Under the pieces are notes generated by a model. That model did no database searches, had not been told where the DNA came from, and saw only the letters and a list, made by a program, of their open reading frames with translations. From Octopus bimaculoides (Eukaryota), in the NCBI RefSeq assembly GCF_001194135.2, contig NC_069001.1, positions 35,053,834 through 35,117,708 on the forward strand: 63,875 nucleotides of DNA. Reading direction: 5' to 3'. Positions 37,637 to 50,460 of this stretch are shown one piece after another. A program made the translations under genes and the position numbers. Within the stretch, counting starts at the first letter, position 1; each line of letters opens with the position of its first letter.

Positions 37637-38684
37637 ATACATACATACATTTGAACTTACATACATACATGAATATATTTATGAACACCTTTGTACTTAT
37701 AAACACACTCATACATACATGCATGTATGTATATATGTGTGTGTGTGTATGTATATAAACACCTTTGTACTTACAAACACACACATACATATGTACATAC
37801 ATACAGATATAATGTACATACATACACACACACATATATTACAAGCTTGTTTACATATGTATGTACATACACACATGCATGCATATGTATGTGTATAAAC
37901 ACATGTATATGCATATACACTCACACACACACACGCATGCATATACGCATACAAGGGGACAAAATGACATGTATTTGCATACACGTAAATGCTTACAGCT
38001 GCATACATAGATACAGATGAAAGAGATAGACATGCACATACACACACATAATGCACATACAAAACACACATAACACACAACACACACACACACACACACA
38101 CACATAACACACACACACAACACACAATATACACACACTTAACACACATACACACACACATAACCCCCTGCCACACAACACATATGCACACATAACACAA
38201 ACACATATATAATACACACACACACACACGCAATACACACACATACGCACACACATAACCCCCCACACACAGTCACAAACACACATAACACACTCACAGA
38301 ACACAGATACACACACAGAGACACACACATGCACTCACACAGACACATAGACCTGAGACAAAAATGACCTTGCGTTCATAGACACAACTCTGTGCATATC
38401 CACACATAGATAGAGTACAAACATATCCAGATACACACACACAGACACACACACAGACATTCATGAAGACGAATTTCTTTCTATAGAATTCTCTTTCTGT
38501 TATTGTTCCTGTGTCTTCCTGAGTTAGATTAGATCAGACCTAACATCCATTATACATGATTGCATACATGTGTAATACTTATATGCATACATACACCCTT
38601 TCATACATGCATATACATACGTATATACACAGGCAGTGGGCAAAAGTAGGTATACAGTTACTTAATAAGAGTGAAATCGTTAAG

Positions 38685-38905
38685 ACAGCGAGCTGGCAGA
38701 ATCGTTAGTGTGCCTGGCAAATTACTCTATGGCGTTTTATCTGTCTTTATGTTCTGAGTCAAATGTTGCCAGGGTTGACTTTGCCGTTTATCCTTTTGGG
38801 GTGGGGGCGGGGGTTGATAAAATAAGTACCAGTTGAACGCTGGGGTCGATGTAACTGACTTATAACCCTCCTCCGAAATTGCTGGCCTTGTGTCAAAATT
38901 TGAAA
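38685..38905 (+). mobile_element. Full-length SINE family B
   Basis: CAGCGAGCTGGCAGAATCGTTAG..GCTGGCCTTGTGTCAAAATTTGAAA. Confidence 0.88.
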
Positions 38906-39149
38906 TCGATGGGAGAGGAATGTTCTTATCATTTCTCTTATTTCTTTTTTAAACCCAAACGATTCATAAATCAATTTAGGGGTCTGCAGGAGATGTCTAG
39001 TTCATTGGAACCCGTCTCTTTTGAATTCTGGGGACTTTGAGCAGATGCTTGAGCCACGAGCATTTCATTTCCTTTAGCGGTATCACTGACTAGTTCACCA
39101 CTTTCCTGTGCATTACAGATGAACCTAGTCTGCTCTCAAATTTGTCACA

Positions 39150-39372
39150 TATTCTTATTTCTTTACTGCCTACAAGGGGCTACACACAGAGGGGAAGAAC
39201 AAGGACAGACAAACGGATTACCCCAGTGCGTAACTGGTAATTATTTAATCGACCCCAAAAGGATGAAAGGCAAAGTCGACCTCGACGGAATTTGAACTCA
39301 GAACATAGCGGCAGACAAAATACCGCTAAGCATTTCGCCCGGCGTGCTAACGTTTCTGCCAGCTCACCACCT
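39150..39372 (-). mobile_element. SINE family B subfamily with a different 3' tail
   Basis: Head and body are close to the consensus of the other copies, but the tail is CAAGGGGCTACACACAGAGGGGAAGAACAAGGACAGACAAACGGATTA instead of GCACAAGGCC..GGGGAGGG. Confidence 0.8.
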
Positions 39373-39540
39373 TTGCTCCAGTCCACTCAGCTGGCGAAAA
39401 TGAGCAGTACCTGTAATTAAAAAGGGGGCCAGTCTTTTCACAGTCTGTGTCATGCTGCATCTCCCTGAGAACTACGTTAAGGTTACACATACTTGTCTGT
39501 GGAATGCTCAGCCACTTTCACATTAATTACATGAGCAGGC
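39372..39540 (+). mobile_element. Family D central domain plus 3' domain fragment
   Basis: TTGCTCCAGTCCACTCAGCTGGCGAAAATGAG links to the GAACTACGTTAAGG..GCTCAGCCACTT block of 21230-21560. Confidence 0.75.
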
Positions 39541-40589
39541 CATACACACATGCACAGCCATACACACACACACACACACACACATATGCACAGCCATACA
39601 CACACACACACACACACACACACGTACACACATTGTTAGTCCTTATGCCAAGTTGTGTATAAAAAAAGCAATCACACATTAAACTGAAGGACTAAATTAT
39701 CTTGCACATGCTCTTTGAAGCAGATTTTGTGTGAATGATGTGGGCGATTTGGTTGTTATTTCTAGCAGATTGAGCAACTTCATAGGGACGCATTTGGCTG
39801 CCCGGCTTTGTGTTTGATGTAATAAGGAAAGATAAAACAACTCATCATTGATTGGAAAGTTATCTGCAGCGTATTAAAATACTATTTTAGAGAAGAACAT
39901 GGTGGCACGGGAGGTGGGGAGAGGAGGCGATGGTGAATAATGTGTCTGAACGTGTGGTGGCGAAGGAGAAGGCTGGGGAGGGAGGGAGAGAGAGAGTGAG
40001 AGCGGGAGGGAGAGAGTGAGTGAGAGTGAGAGCGGGAGGGGAGGGGAAGGACTCATCCGAGTTCCTCTTAAACTTACAAAAGAGATAATTAACTGTTTGT
40101 GTGAGGTATGTAGATGTGTGGTGCGAGGTGAGGCAGGTGCTTGCATGTGTGTGTGTCGGAGGGGGGAGATGCAGGTAACACCATCACCACCACGACCACC
40201 GTCACCACCGCCATGATATCAAATACGCCATTTTATAACTTCAAATTTCCATATCAACTGGGAAAATATTTTAATTGTGATATACGTATGTGATTATGTG
40301 TGACATACAGACTGAACACTTACACTTACAGATAAATATACATACATACATACATACACACATACAGACATATGTACATCCACTCATCTTAACACATGTA
40401 ATAATTTTCCCATATGTATAATATATATATTTTTGCATGAATATAAGCATGTGTGTATGCGTGTATTTATGTGTGTGAGTAAGTGTGTGTTATGTGTATG
40501 TATGTATGTATGTATGAGTGTGTGTTTATGGATGTAAATATATGTATATATATGTAAATGCATGTATAAATATATATATGTATGTATAT

Positions 40590-40860
40590 ATATATGTATA
40601 TGTGTATATATATTCATATATACATGTTTATGCATATATATGCATGTATATGTATGTATATATATGTATATGTGTGTATATATATTCATATATACATGTT
40701 TATGCATATATATGCATGTATATGTATGTATATATATGTATATGTGTGTATATATATTCATATATACATGTTTATGCATATATATGCATGTATATGTATA
40801 TATATGTATATGTGTGTATATATATTCATATATACATGTTTATGCATATATATGTATGTA
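40590..40860. repeat. 72-bp higher-order tandem repeat (about 4 units) built from TA/TG microsatellite
   Basis: TATTCATATATACATGTTTATGCAT recurs at 40611, 40683, 40755 and 40823. Confidence 0.9.
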
Positions 40861-41057
40861 TATGTATGTATATATATATGATTGTGTGTATATAGCTTGC
40901 ATGTGTATATACCTGTGTATAAGCACATAGTCTCAGTGCTTGTGCACACACATAGACACAGAAATACATGTGTGTATATACATACATAAATATGTACACA
41001 CACACTCACACACAAACCTGTACAGTTATACATGCTTACACACATGCATGCACACAC

Positions 41058-41096
<39 letters not shown>

Positions 41097-41179
41097 TACA
41101 CTGGGTTTGTATGTATATGATCAGTTTTACAAAATGTAACATTTCTCTCTCCCTACCCTCAATGTGTACATATATACGT

Positions 41180-41228
<49 letters not shown>

Positions 41229-41403
41229 CATATGTTAGTGTCTTTCAAAGCTCATTTCTGAAACATAAAAGAAAATTTAATTTTCTGATAAACCATCTTC
41301 ATAATCATGAAATTCTTTATTGTAGAATACAGAGCAAGATAGGTGCACGGGGGGGGGGGGGTAGCGGACTTATTATGGAAACGGAGAAACCAAGCATGAT
41401 GCT

Positions 41404-41448
41404 ACTTGAATAAACTCTTATTGATTGGTTATCAATCATGCGTAAAAT

Positions 41449-41479
<31 letters not shown>

Positions 41480-42215
41480 GCAGCAGTAGCTACATGGAAC
41501 TACACACGGGAATTTCGTTGGTGGGTTATTTAGGTCAATTCAGTTCGGTTTGGTTTGGTTTGGTTTAGTTTGGTTAGGTTTGGCTTTGCCTTAGACAAGG
41601 CCTTGTTTCGTTTGGTCTAGCTATCTGGTTTTATGACAATATGGGTATTTATTTCACAAAGATAAGTTCCCCTTGAATAAACTCTGGTAAATTGGCTGTC
41701 AGTCATGCATAAAATCATCATCACACACACACACATACATACATACAACAGCAGGTTCACAGAATGACAATATGGATATTTTGTGCTAAGTTATATAAAT
41801 CAATTTGGTTCAGTTTGGTTCAGTTTTGCTCTGGACGGACTAGGCCTCTTTTTGTCTGGTCTTGCTATCTGATTATATGACTATAGCGGTGTTTATTTCA
41901 CAAAGATAAGTTCTCCTTGAATAAGCTCTCATAGATTGGTTGTCAGTCATGCATAAAATCATCACACACACACACACACACACACATACAACAGCAGTTA
42001 CACAAAATGACAATACGGATGTATTGGGATCGATCCAGTACCAGACAAGGATTCTGGATTATTTTTCCGGTTTTTTACTTAATTTTTGAGAGTGGTCGGG
42101 TTCATTTTTAGTATTCTCGTTTGTGAGAGCAGTCGAGTTTATTTCAGATCATAAGTGATATAAATCAATTTGGTTCAGTTTGGTTCAGTTTTGCTCTGAA
42201 CTAGGCCTCGTTTTG
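41404..42215. repeat. Three diverged tandem units of about 250-265 bp, each with a (CA)n and a GGTTT/GGTTCA-type repeat; third unit interrupted by an insert of about 120 bp
   Basis: TTGAATAA(A/G)CTCT..TCATGC(G/A)TAAAATC at about 41406, 41672 and 41917. TTTATTTCACAAAGATAAGTT(C)CC ends units 1 and 2. Confidence 0.85.
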
Positions 42216-42474
42216 TCAAAGTGCAGACATGGTTGTGTTGTTAAGGAGTTTTATTTGCAGCCATGTGGTTTTCATTTCAGTTCCACTATACAGAAACTTG
42301 TACAAGTGTTTTCTACTGTATCCCCAGGTTAACCTATGTCTTCTGAATGAATTTGGAAGACAGAAACTGTGCAGAAGCCCCTTCCTTATCCACACCCTGT
42401 GTTGTTTTGCTTTGTTTTGATTGCTCTTGGCCCTGAATTCTCCGCCAAAAATTTTTGCAGGCACCACCAATATA

Positions 42475-42694
42475 TCATAGGTTTTGCTGCAATACTCTTA
42501 GCTTTGGGTAAAAGAAAATCCAGGAGGATCAGTTAATTATGATTTTATTCAGCATATCCACCTCTCAGATTCACACACTTATTGCAGCAATCCTTCAGTT
42601 TTTCTAAGCCTTGTAAAAGAACTCCAGAAAGTTGGGCCTCCAGCCAGGCCTCTCGTGATACCCTTAAAGCCAGCATCTTTTCAGCATCCCTTTA
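42475..42694 (-). mobile_element. Non-autonomous mariner derivative (about 220 bp) retaining the transposase C-terminus
   Basis: Decayed TIRs of the TA-NGAGGGGGTGCTGAAAAGTTCCTGGCTTT type. Minus frame EAWLEAQLSGVLLQGLEKLKDCCNKCVNLRGGYAE* resembles the mariner terminus. A second copy is at 62370-62546. Confidence 0.8.
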
Positions 42695-43034
42695 TATGTG
42701 TGTGCATGAGATGAACTTTGTGCCATATTTCACAACAAAATTTCTTCCTGGAGAAGCATCTATCCTAAGCATTTCCAATCAAAACGGAATGTTTAGTTCA
42801 AAGGAAAAAAAAAACTTATTTAGCATTCCATTACCATTTAGAATGAAAGGTTTGGTGAAGGCAGTAGAGGTGGAGGGTAGCGGCAGGGGAAACAATATGG
42901 CGGTGGGCTAGGGTGAGAGGTGGTGAGGTGTTTGGGAGAGTCAATATAGAACTTAACTGATTTTCCTGTTGTTATTAGCATAACGTGTAAATGATTTTTA
43001 AAATATTCAATTACAAAGAGAGATGCGGCTGATG

Positions 43035-43074
<40 letters not shown>

Positions 43075-43195
43075 TTGTAAAATTAGAATAATGATGACCA
43101 TGATAATAATAAAGGTAAAAATGATGATAACAGTAAAATAATGAGGATGATATAAATGATAAGACCTCAAAAATAATTATAGTAACAACAACAAC

Positions 43196-43231
<36 letters not shown>

Positions 43232-43235
43232 CTTT

Positions 43236-43387
43236 TCTACTCTAGGCACAAGGCCTGAAATTTTGAGGGAGGGGACCAGTCCATTAGATTGACCCAGTAT
43301 GGTACTTAATTTATTGACCCCGAAAAGATGAAAGGCAAAGTTGACCTTGGTGGAATTTGAACACAGAATGTAGCATCAGACGAAATT
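43236..43387 (-). mobile_element. SINE family B, head truncated at the hairpin boundary
   Basis: TTCTACTCTAGGCACAAGGCC..GAATTTGAACACAGAATG..CAGACGAAATT. Confidence 0.88.
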
Positions 43388-43543
43388 CATAGAGGTCACA
43401 GAAGTGATAGAGGATAGTGACCAGCACCAGCTATTGCTAGAAACAAGAGTTAAAATAACTTAGTGGCTTTTGAATTATTTTAACTCTTGTTTCTAGCAAT
43501 AGCTGGTGCTGGTCACTATCCTCCATCACTTTTGTGACCTCTA

Positions 43544-43545
<2 letters not shown>
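43388..43545. repeat. Near-perfect inverted repeat: 71-bp arms, 16-nt loop, 2 mismatches
   Basis: Arms at 43388-43458 and 43475-43545; loop CTTAGTGGCTTTTGAA. Confidence 0.95.
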
Positions 43546-43585
<40 letters not shown>

Positions 43586-43804
43586 CGTCATCATCTTTAT
43601 TTAATGTTCGTTTTCCATGCTAGTATTTGACTGGGCGTTTTGACAGGAGCTGACAAAGCATACAGTAGGATTGATCTCTAAACCCTGAAGCTGAAAAAGC
43701 AAACATCATAACCACACTGCCATGCCTGTGCTTCATGTGTGAATGTGTGTGTGAATAGATGGAGAGGCAAGAGTGTATAGATGCGTGTCTTTATGTATGT
43801 TTGA

Positions 43805-43841
<37 letters not shown>

Positions 43842-44213
43842 TGCTTTATGTTTTGTAATGTTTGTTTATTTATTTTTTTTTTGATATTTTTCCCCCTTTC
43901 CTGTATTCGTTTTATAAAGTTACTGTTGTTGTAGTTGTTGCTGTTGTTGTTGCCGTGGATGTTACCACTGTCTAATTGAAGACGGAACAAAGTTGATTAG
44001 AAAAGAAATTCAATTATAACATCAGCAGCTGACCACAAAGTAATACCATGGATTTATTCATCTTCAACAGAATGTTTTCTGTAAGCTTAAGATTATGGGG
44101 ATATGGAGAGAGAGAGGGGGAGGGAGAGAAACAGACGGAGAAGACAAGCAGCCAAGGAACTGGTTATTCTTGTCTTGACATTTGTCTTGTCTGTATCCAT
44201 GGTCAAGTTACTT

Positions 44214-45320
44214 TTAACCCTTTTTTAACTATATCCTTGTTGAAATAAACTGCCTTTGGAAATTAAGGAAGAATTTTGTAAAATAACTTTAGATCCCTTT
44301 TAAACAGAAGTTTCTATCATATAAGCAGAGATGGTGTCAGGTGGATTGGAATTAAAATGGTGAAACAGATACATGTAAAATGAAATTAGAACTGTGATAA
44401 GTTTTATTGTTGTTGTTTATTCCAATGTCGGGCTTAACCCTTTTGTTAACATATTTCTGTTGAAATGCAGTTCTTTTGTTTCAATTTTTTGAAAATAATG
44501 AAGAATTTATTAAAATAACTTTGTCATTGTTAATCTGGTGTTTAGGACAAATTAACATGAAATTTTGATGATCACTTTGTATCACAGAACCAGGTTTGGT
44601 ATGAGGAAGGTTGGCTTGAAACATGGTTAAATCTTTTGTTAAATATTTCTGTAGAAATGTACTGTCTTTGTTTCAAGTAATTTTGAAAATAATGAAGAAT
44701 TTATTGAAATAACTTTGGCATTATTAAGTTGGTGTTTGAAACATAAAGTGACATGAAATTTTGATGGTGGGTTTTTTAGATCACTTAAAAACAGGAAGTT
44801 TGTATCATAGAACCAGGTTTGGTATCAGGAGGGTTGGTGCCAAAATGCTTAAACCTTTTGTTACCATATTTCTGTTGAAATTCGCTGCCTTTGTTTTAAT
44901 TTATTTTTAAAATAGTGAAGAATTTAGTGAAATAACTTTCGTCATTATTAATTTGTTGTTTGGAACATAAATTAACGAGATTCCGATGGAAGTTTTTTAA
45001 GTTATTAAATTTTAAAAAGAAGAAGCTGGTGGACTCAGACTGAGGGTTGGTATCAAAAGGGTTAATTCCATTCCGATTGAGACTGTTCCCAGTTCCCTTA
45101 TTCACAATTCTGAATTTATTTGAAATTATTTACATTAATATTTAAACTGTCATTAGTTAATCTAAGGCTCTTTCATTAAGCTTTGTGCCAAGGGCTAACT
45201 TAATAATTAAAGAGTTAATTATTTTACAAATCTTTCCAAACTATCGATTATTAAAAAGAAATTTCCTGAAACAAAAGGGAAATATATTTAATTAAAAAAA
45301 TATGGTCCCAATAGGGTTAA
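44214..45320 (+). mobile_element. Tandem array of piggyBac-like TTAA MITE: three head-to-tail units (44434-45065) sharing TTAA, a decayed unit upstream and another GGGTTAA-ending element downstream
   Basis: TTAA at 44434, 44627, 44849 and 45062; 13-bp TIR CCCTTTTGTTACC / GGTATCAAAAGGG. Confidence 0.85.
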
Positions 45321-45412
45321 GCAGCTCAGTTCATTTAAAATCAGACATCACTCCCAAAACAAGTACAAGCGCTTGGGAAAAATTTGGTTTGTCCAAGTGG
45401 TCAATGATGGCA

Positions 45413-45449
<37 letters not shown>

Positions 45450-45501
45450 TTATGTATGTGTGCATATATATATATATATGTGTGTGTGTGTGATTGTGAA
45501 T

Positions 45502-45750
45502 GCACATGGCTCAGTGGTTAGAGCATCAGGCTTACAAGTGTGAGGTTGAGAGTTCAAATTCCCCAGTCTTTGTGTGTTGTGTTCTTGAGCAAGACACTTT
45601 ATTTCACGTTGCTCCAGTTCACTCAGCTGTAGAAATGAGTTGTGACATCATTGATGCCAAGCTGGATCAGCCTTTGCCTTTGCCTTGGATAACATCTGTG
45701 GCGTGGAGAGGGGACGCTGGTATGCATGGGTCACTGCTGGTCTTCCACCA
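45502..45750 (+). mobile_element. SINE family D with a distinct 3' region
   Basis: GCACATGGCTCAGTGGTTAGAG..GAGTTCAAATTCC..TTCTTGAGCAAGACACTTTATTTCACGTTGCTCCAGTTCACTCAGCTG. Confidence 0.85.
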
Positions 45751-46509
45751 ACAACCTTGCACAACAACCATTGCTATCATCATCATCATCATCATCATCA
45801 TCACCATCATCATCACCACCATTATCACATTTGTCACAATTAACACCACCAACATCACCATTGCCATAAGCAACTCAATCATCATCACCATCATCATCAC
45901 CATCATCATCATCACCATCATCATCATCACCACCATCATCACCACCATCATCATCAGCAGCAGCATTTCAGTTGTATTTGTTGCTGTCCCTAATCGTTAT
46001 GCCCCTGATCTGATGAGAGAGTCACCTCTGTTGCAATCATGGACCCGAGTATGTGATCCAAGAATGACACTCCACCACACACCCCAGTCACAGAGGAGTG
46101 GAGGGGGAGGATGCTCCTCCCCCTCCTCCACTAAACAGGGATCACAGGATGTTCTCTGTCTCATCTCGCTAAACCATTAAAAGAAAAAAAGAAACCGAAC
46201 AAAAAGACATGAAATTTATAAAGAGAAATAGAAGCAGGAAAATGTGGGGGCATCAACATCTACAGATGAGTGATAAAGGGGGTGGAGGTGGGAGAATAGA
46301 TCTGATGACTAATTAACGTTAATTATGTAGGAAATACCTTGGTCACAGTTACAAATGGAACACTCATTAATAACATGACTTTCACAGCAGAAGAAGCTTA
46401 ATTAATTTTTAATATATGAATATCAACAGATAACACCTTGCTGTCACTTTGATCTGTCTGTCCGTCTGTCACTTTCAATCTTCCCAAACCACTTTCCCTT
46501 TCGCTCTAC

Positions 46510-46543
<34 letters not shown>

Positions 46544-46544
46544 T

Positions 46545-46720
46545 CGTGGGTGTTTGATTAATGCATTTGCTATGCATTTGCGTGCTTTCGGGTTCGGTCC
46601 CACTGCATGGCAGCTTGGGCAAATGTCTTTTATTATAGCCACAAGCCAGGCAATGCTTTGTGAATAAATTTAGTAGATGGAGACTGTAAGAAGCCTGTCA
46701 TGCATACTCACACACACATG
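46545..46720 (+). mobile_element. Diverged SINE family A 5' half
   Basis: GGTTCGGTCCCACTGCATGGCAGCTTGGGCAAATGTCTT..GTAGATGGAGACTGTAAGAAGCC. Confidence 0.75.
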
Positions 46721-48181
46721 TAGATACATACACACAAAACAAAAATGCCCTGTTGTTGATGTTGAAATTCCAATGAAGGAGCCTTGNNNNNNNNNNNNNN
46801 NNNNNNNNNNNNNNNNNNNNNNNNNNNNNNNNNNNNNNNNNNNNNNNNNNNNNNNNNNNNNNNNNNNNNNNNNNNNNNNNNNNNNNGAAGGAATTACAAA
46901 TGAAGAGCAGTAATCCACCATTTCTATTAAATGACCCCCACCCACACACACCAACGCCACCACCCACTATCACCACCACCACCATCACCAACAACAACAA
47001 CAACAACCCCCACTACCACCACCACCGCCACTCCTACCTCCACCACCACCTCCACCTACCCCTTCTCTGTTCACTTTTGCAGAAATATTTCCCTAATTCA
47101 CAGACAATTAGCACCACTTGATGTTGCATTTAAAAACACATGGACGTACTCAATACACACCGACAACATAAGCCCTCTCTCTCTCTCTATCTTTTTGTAT
47201 ATCTCTCTGTTTATATATCTCTCTTTCTATATCTCTCTCTCACTCTCACTCATTTGCTTTTTATCTCTTTCCTTCCCCCTCTTTCACTTCAATAGCAATC
47301 TCCTTCTAAAATGCTTCCTCTTCCCTTTCCTCTATTACAAACGGACAATTTAAACACACACAAAATAACACATATATGTGTTTGTGTGTGCGTGTATATA
47401 TATATGTGTGTGTGTATGTGTGTGTGCCTTTGTGCATGTGTGTGCATGTATACACACATATATTCATATATTATGCATATATATATGTGTGTGTGCTTAT
47501 GTATGTGTGAGTATATAAATATATATATATATGTATGTATTGTGTGTGCATGTATACACACATATATTTATATATCATGTGTATATACATATATATATAT
47601 ATGTATGTATGTGTGTGTGTGTGCTTATATATATAGACACATGTACGCATACACACACACACATACACACACTCACATATGTTGCAGGAAAATTAAGGTC
47701 TACGAATCTTTAACACCAGAGATAATGATGAAGAAAAGAAAATAATAATATTAATAATAATTATAATCGTTTGTTCGTTAGTATAAGTTTATTGCTTAAA
47801 TATGTCTGCACACAAAATAAGGTTATTAAAGTATAATGGCTGACTTCCAAATAAGAAATTTGATATGGATATCTCTCTCTACCTTATATATACATATACA
47901 TACATACATACATACATATATATATATATATAAACACGTTTTACATACAACATATAAATACACATAAATAAGTTTATGAATGTATGTATGCTTATATATG
48001 TATATATATATATGTACGTATGTGTATATATATATATACATACCTATATACACATTTCACATAAAATATATACATACATGCACACATATACACACACACA
48101 TATACACACACACATTTTACGTACAATATATATATATACATGCACATACATATACAATTATATATACATGTGTGTGTATGC

Positions 48182-48221
<40 letters not shown>

Positions 48222-48257
48222 AACTTGAAACCATTTATTGAAGTCAAAGATAATTGC

Positions 48258-48545
48258 TTAAAATTTTGGCATCAGGCCCTGAACTTCTGGGGGATGGGGT
48301 TAGTCAGTTGCATCAACCCCCCACCCTCTACCCCTCCTCATACTCGATTGCTACTTTATTGTTTCAAATGCAAAAAGACGAAACACACAGTTGACCTCAC
48401 CAGAGTTTGAACTCTGAGCACAAAAACTGGAAAGAAATGTGACTCACCATTCTTCTTTTGATTCGTGCTAACAATTCTGCCAACTCACCAACCTTCGTAA
48501 CGCTTTCAAATTTTGGCACAAGGCCAGCACTTTTTTAGCGGAAGT
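48258..48545 (-). mobile_element. Diverged SINE family B plus a second tail fragment
   Basis: TTTTGGCATCAGGCC..GTTGACCTC..TTTGAACTCTGAGC..CTAACAATTCTGCCAACTCACCA; then TTTTGGCACAAGGCCAGC. Confidence 0.75.
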
Positions 48546-48555
48546 AGATTAGTCT

Positions 48556-48990
48556 CAAGCCAAGTGAAATCATTGTCATATACGTGACACCTGTCGAGCT
48601 TTGGGTCTCACGGAGGCAATGTGGCTGATGCTGGTGTCGCTTAACTAGCAGCTGTGCCAGCGGCACATGAAAGATAGGTTTTGAGCAGTGGGCCCTCATG
48701 GAGGAAATCACAAATGACCAAGACCTTTGGCAATATGCTGTGCTTGAAGGTCCATCAAGCCAAGTGAAATCATAATCGTGACAGATATTGGTGTCACGCA
48801 ACTGGCACGGTGGCATGCAAAAGCCCCCATTACACTCTGTAAAGTGGTTGGCATTAGGAAGGGCATTCAGCTGTAGAAACCATGCCAAATCAGACTGGAG
48901 TCTGGTGCAGCCCATCAGCTTACCAACCCTGGTCAAATTGTCCAACCCATGCCAGCATGGACAATGGATATTAAATGATGATGATGACTG
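48556..48990 (+). mobile_element. RTE-type LINE 3' end including the ORF2 C-terminus remnant, with a partial 200-bp-period duplication
   Basis: LGLTEAM (about 48600) and MTKDLWQYAVLE..QAK* (about 48714-48767); CAAGCCAAGTGAAATC at 48556 and 48756; conserved terminal block and GATGATG tail. Confidence 0.75.
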
Positions 48991-49359
48991 TTGTTGTTGT
49001 TCTTGATACAGGCCACAAGACAAGGACCATGACACAAGATAACGGCCACAAGAAGAGAGAGAAGGGTTAAAATTAAATGGGCTGTCATCACCACGCTGGA
49101 CATTGTGATGCAACAAGACCATCCTGTAGTTCTTTTGATGATCAATAAACAATGGGAACGACGACGACAACAATATCAATATTGGCTCTGAAGATGATGG
49201 TGGTGGTGGTGGTGGTGGTGAGGAGGAGGATGGGGTAGCACGGGGGGTGGGAGGAAAATGTCAGGTTAAGGTTTTGAAGGAGATAAGAGGAAGAAAATGT
49301 TGTTGGCAGCCATGAACGTAAAATACAGAAGCAGTGGAGTTTTCTTTAAGAAACAGGCA

Positions 49360-50460
49360 GTGTGTGTGTGTGTGTGTGTGTATGAGTGTGTGTATATATG
49401 TATGTGTGTGTATGTGTGTGTGTGTTTTATGAGTGTGTGTGTATATGTATGTATGTGTGTATGAATGTGTGTATATGTGTATGTATGTGTGTACGAGTGT
49501 GTGTATGTGTGTGTGTATGAGTGTGTCTATATGTGTATGTATGTATGTGTGTGTATGTATGTGTGTATATGTGTATGTATGTGTATATATGTATGAGTGT
49601 GTATATATGTGCATGTATGTATGTGTATGAGTGTGTGTATATGTGTATGTATGTATGTGTGTGTATGTATATTGTATGAGTGTGTGTATATATGTATGTA
49701 TGAATGTATGTGTATGTATGTATGTTTGTATGCATGTTTGCATGTGTAATAATGTGTGTGTGATGATGTGTGTGCATGTGTGTCAATGGGTGTATGTGAA
49801 AGTGTATGTTTTAATGAGTTAACGTTTAAGTTCCACTGTGTATGTGTGTGTATGAGTGTAAGTGTGTTTAAGTGTATTTTAGTATGTGTTTGTGAGTATG
49901 CATGTGTGTGAGTGGGTGTTTGTATGTGTATGAGCATAAGTGAGTGGTTATGTATGCATGTGTAAGTGTGTGTGTGTGTGCTAAGATGTGTGTGTGAGCA
50001 TGTATGTGTGCTTGTGTCATTCTGAGTGTGCGTGTGTGTGTGTTTAAGTGTGCATGCATGAATGTGTATGTCTGCTAGTCTATACGTGTGTGTGTGTGTG
50101 TGTCTGTTTATGTGTGCATGTGTGTGTGTGTGTTTGTGTGTATATTTATGTGTAAACGTAATTATGTTTATGTCTGCTAGTATATATATGTGCTTGTGTG
50201 TGTGGCTGTTTATGTTGCACTTGTTAATGAGTATGTGTGCTAGTGTGTGTGTTTGTGTGTGCGCGTTTGTGTGTGTTTGTGTGTGTATTTATGTGTATGT
50301 CTGCTATTATATATATGTGTGTGTGTGTGTATTTATATGTGGATGTTATAATGAGTATGTGTGCTAGAATGTGTGTGTGTGTATTCATGTGTGAACATAA
50401 CAATGAGTGTGTATGCTTGTATGTTTGCACACATGCGTGTGTGTGTGTGTGTGTGTGACA
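49360..50460. repeat. About 1.1-kb degenerate (GT)/(GTAT) microsatellite field
   Basis: Direct reading. Similar fields occur at 37580-38460 and 47350-48220. Confidence 0.95.

Noticed and set aside
43388-43545. Hairpin as a canonical pre-miRNA or intrinsic terminator
   Set aside because: The stem is too long and too perfect for a typical animal pre-miRNA, and bacterial terminators are irrelevant here. It is kept only as an inverted repeat.
44434-45065. CRISPR-like or prokaryotic repeat array
   Set aside because: Eukaryotic context; units are about 200-bp TTAA-bounded MITEs with no unique spacers and no cas genes.
45995-46035. CTGATGA followed by an AGAG-TCAC-CTCT hairpin as a hammerhead
   Set aside because: No GAAA, stem III or stem I follows.
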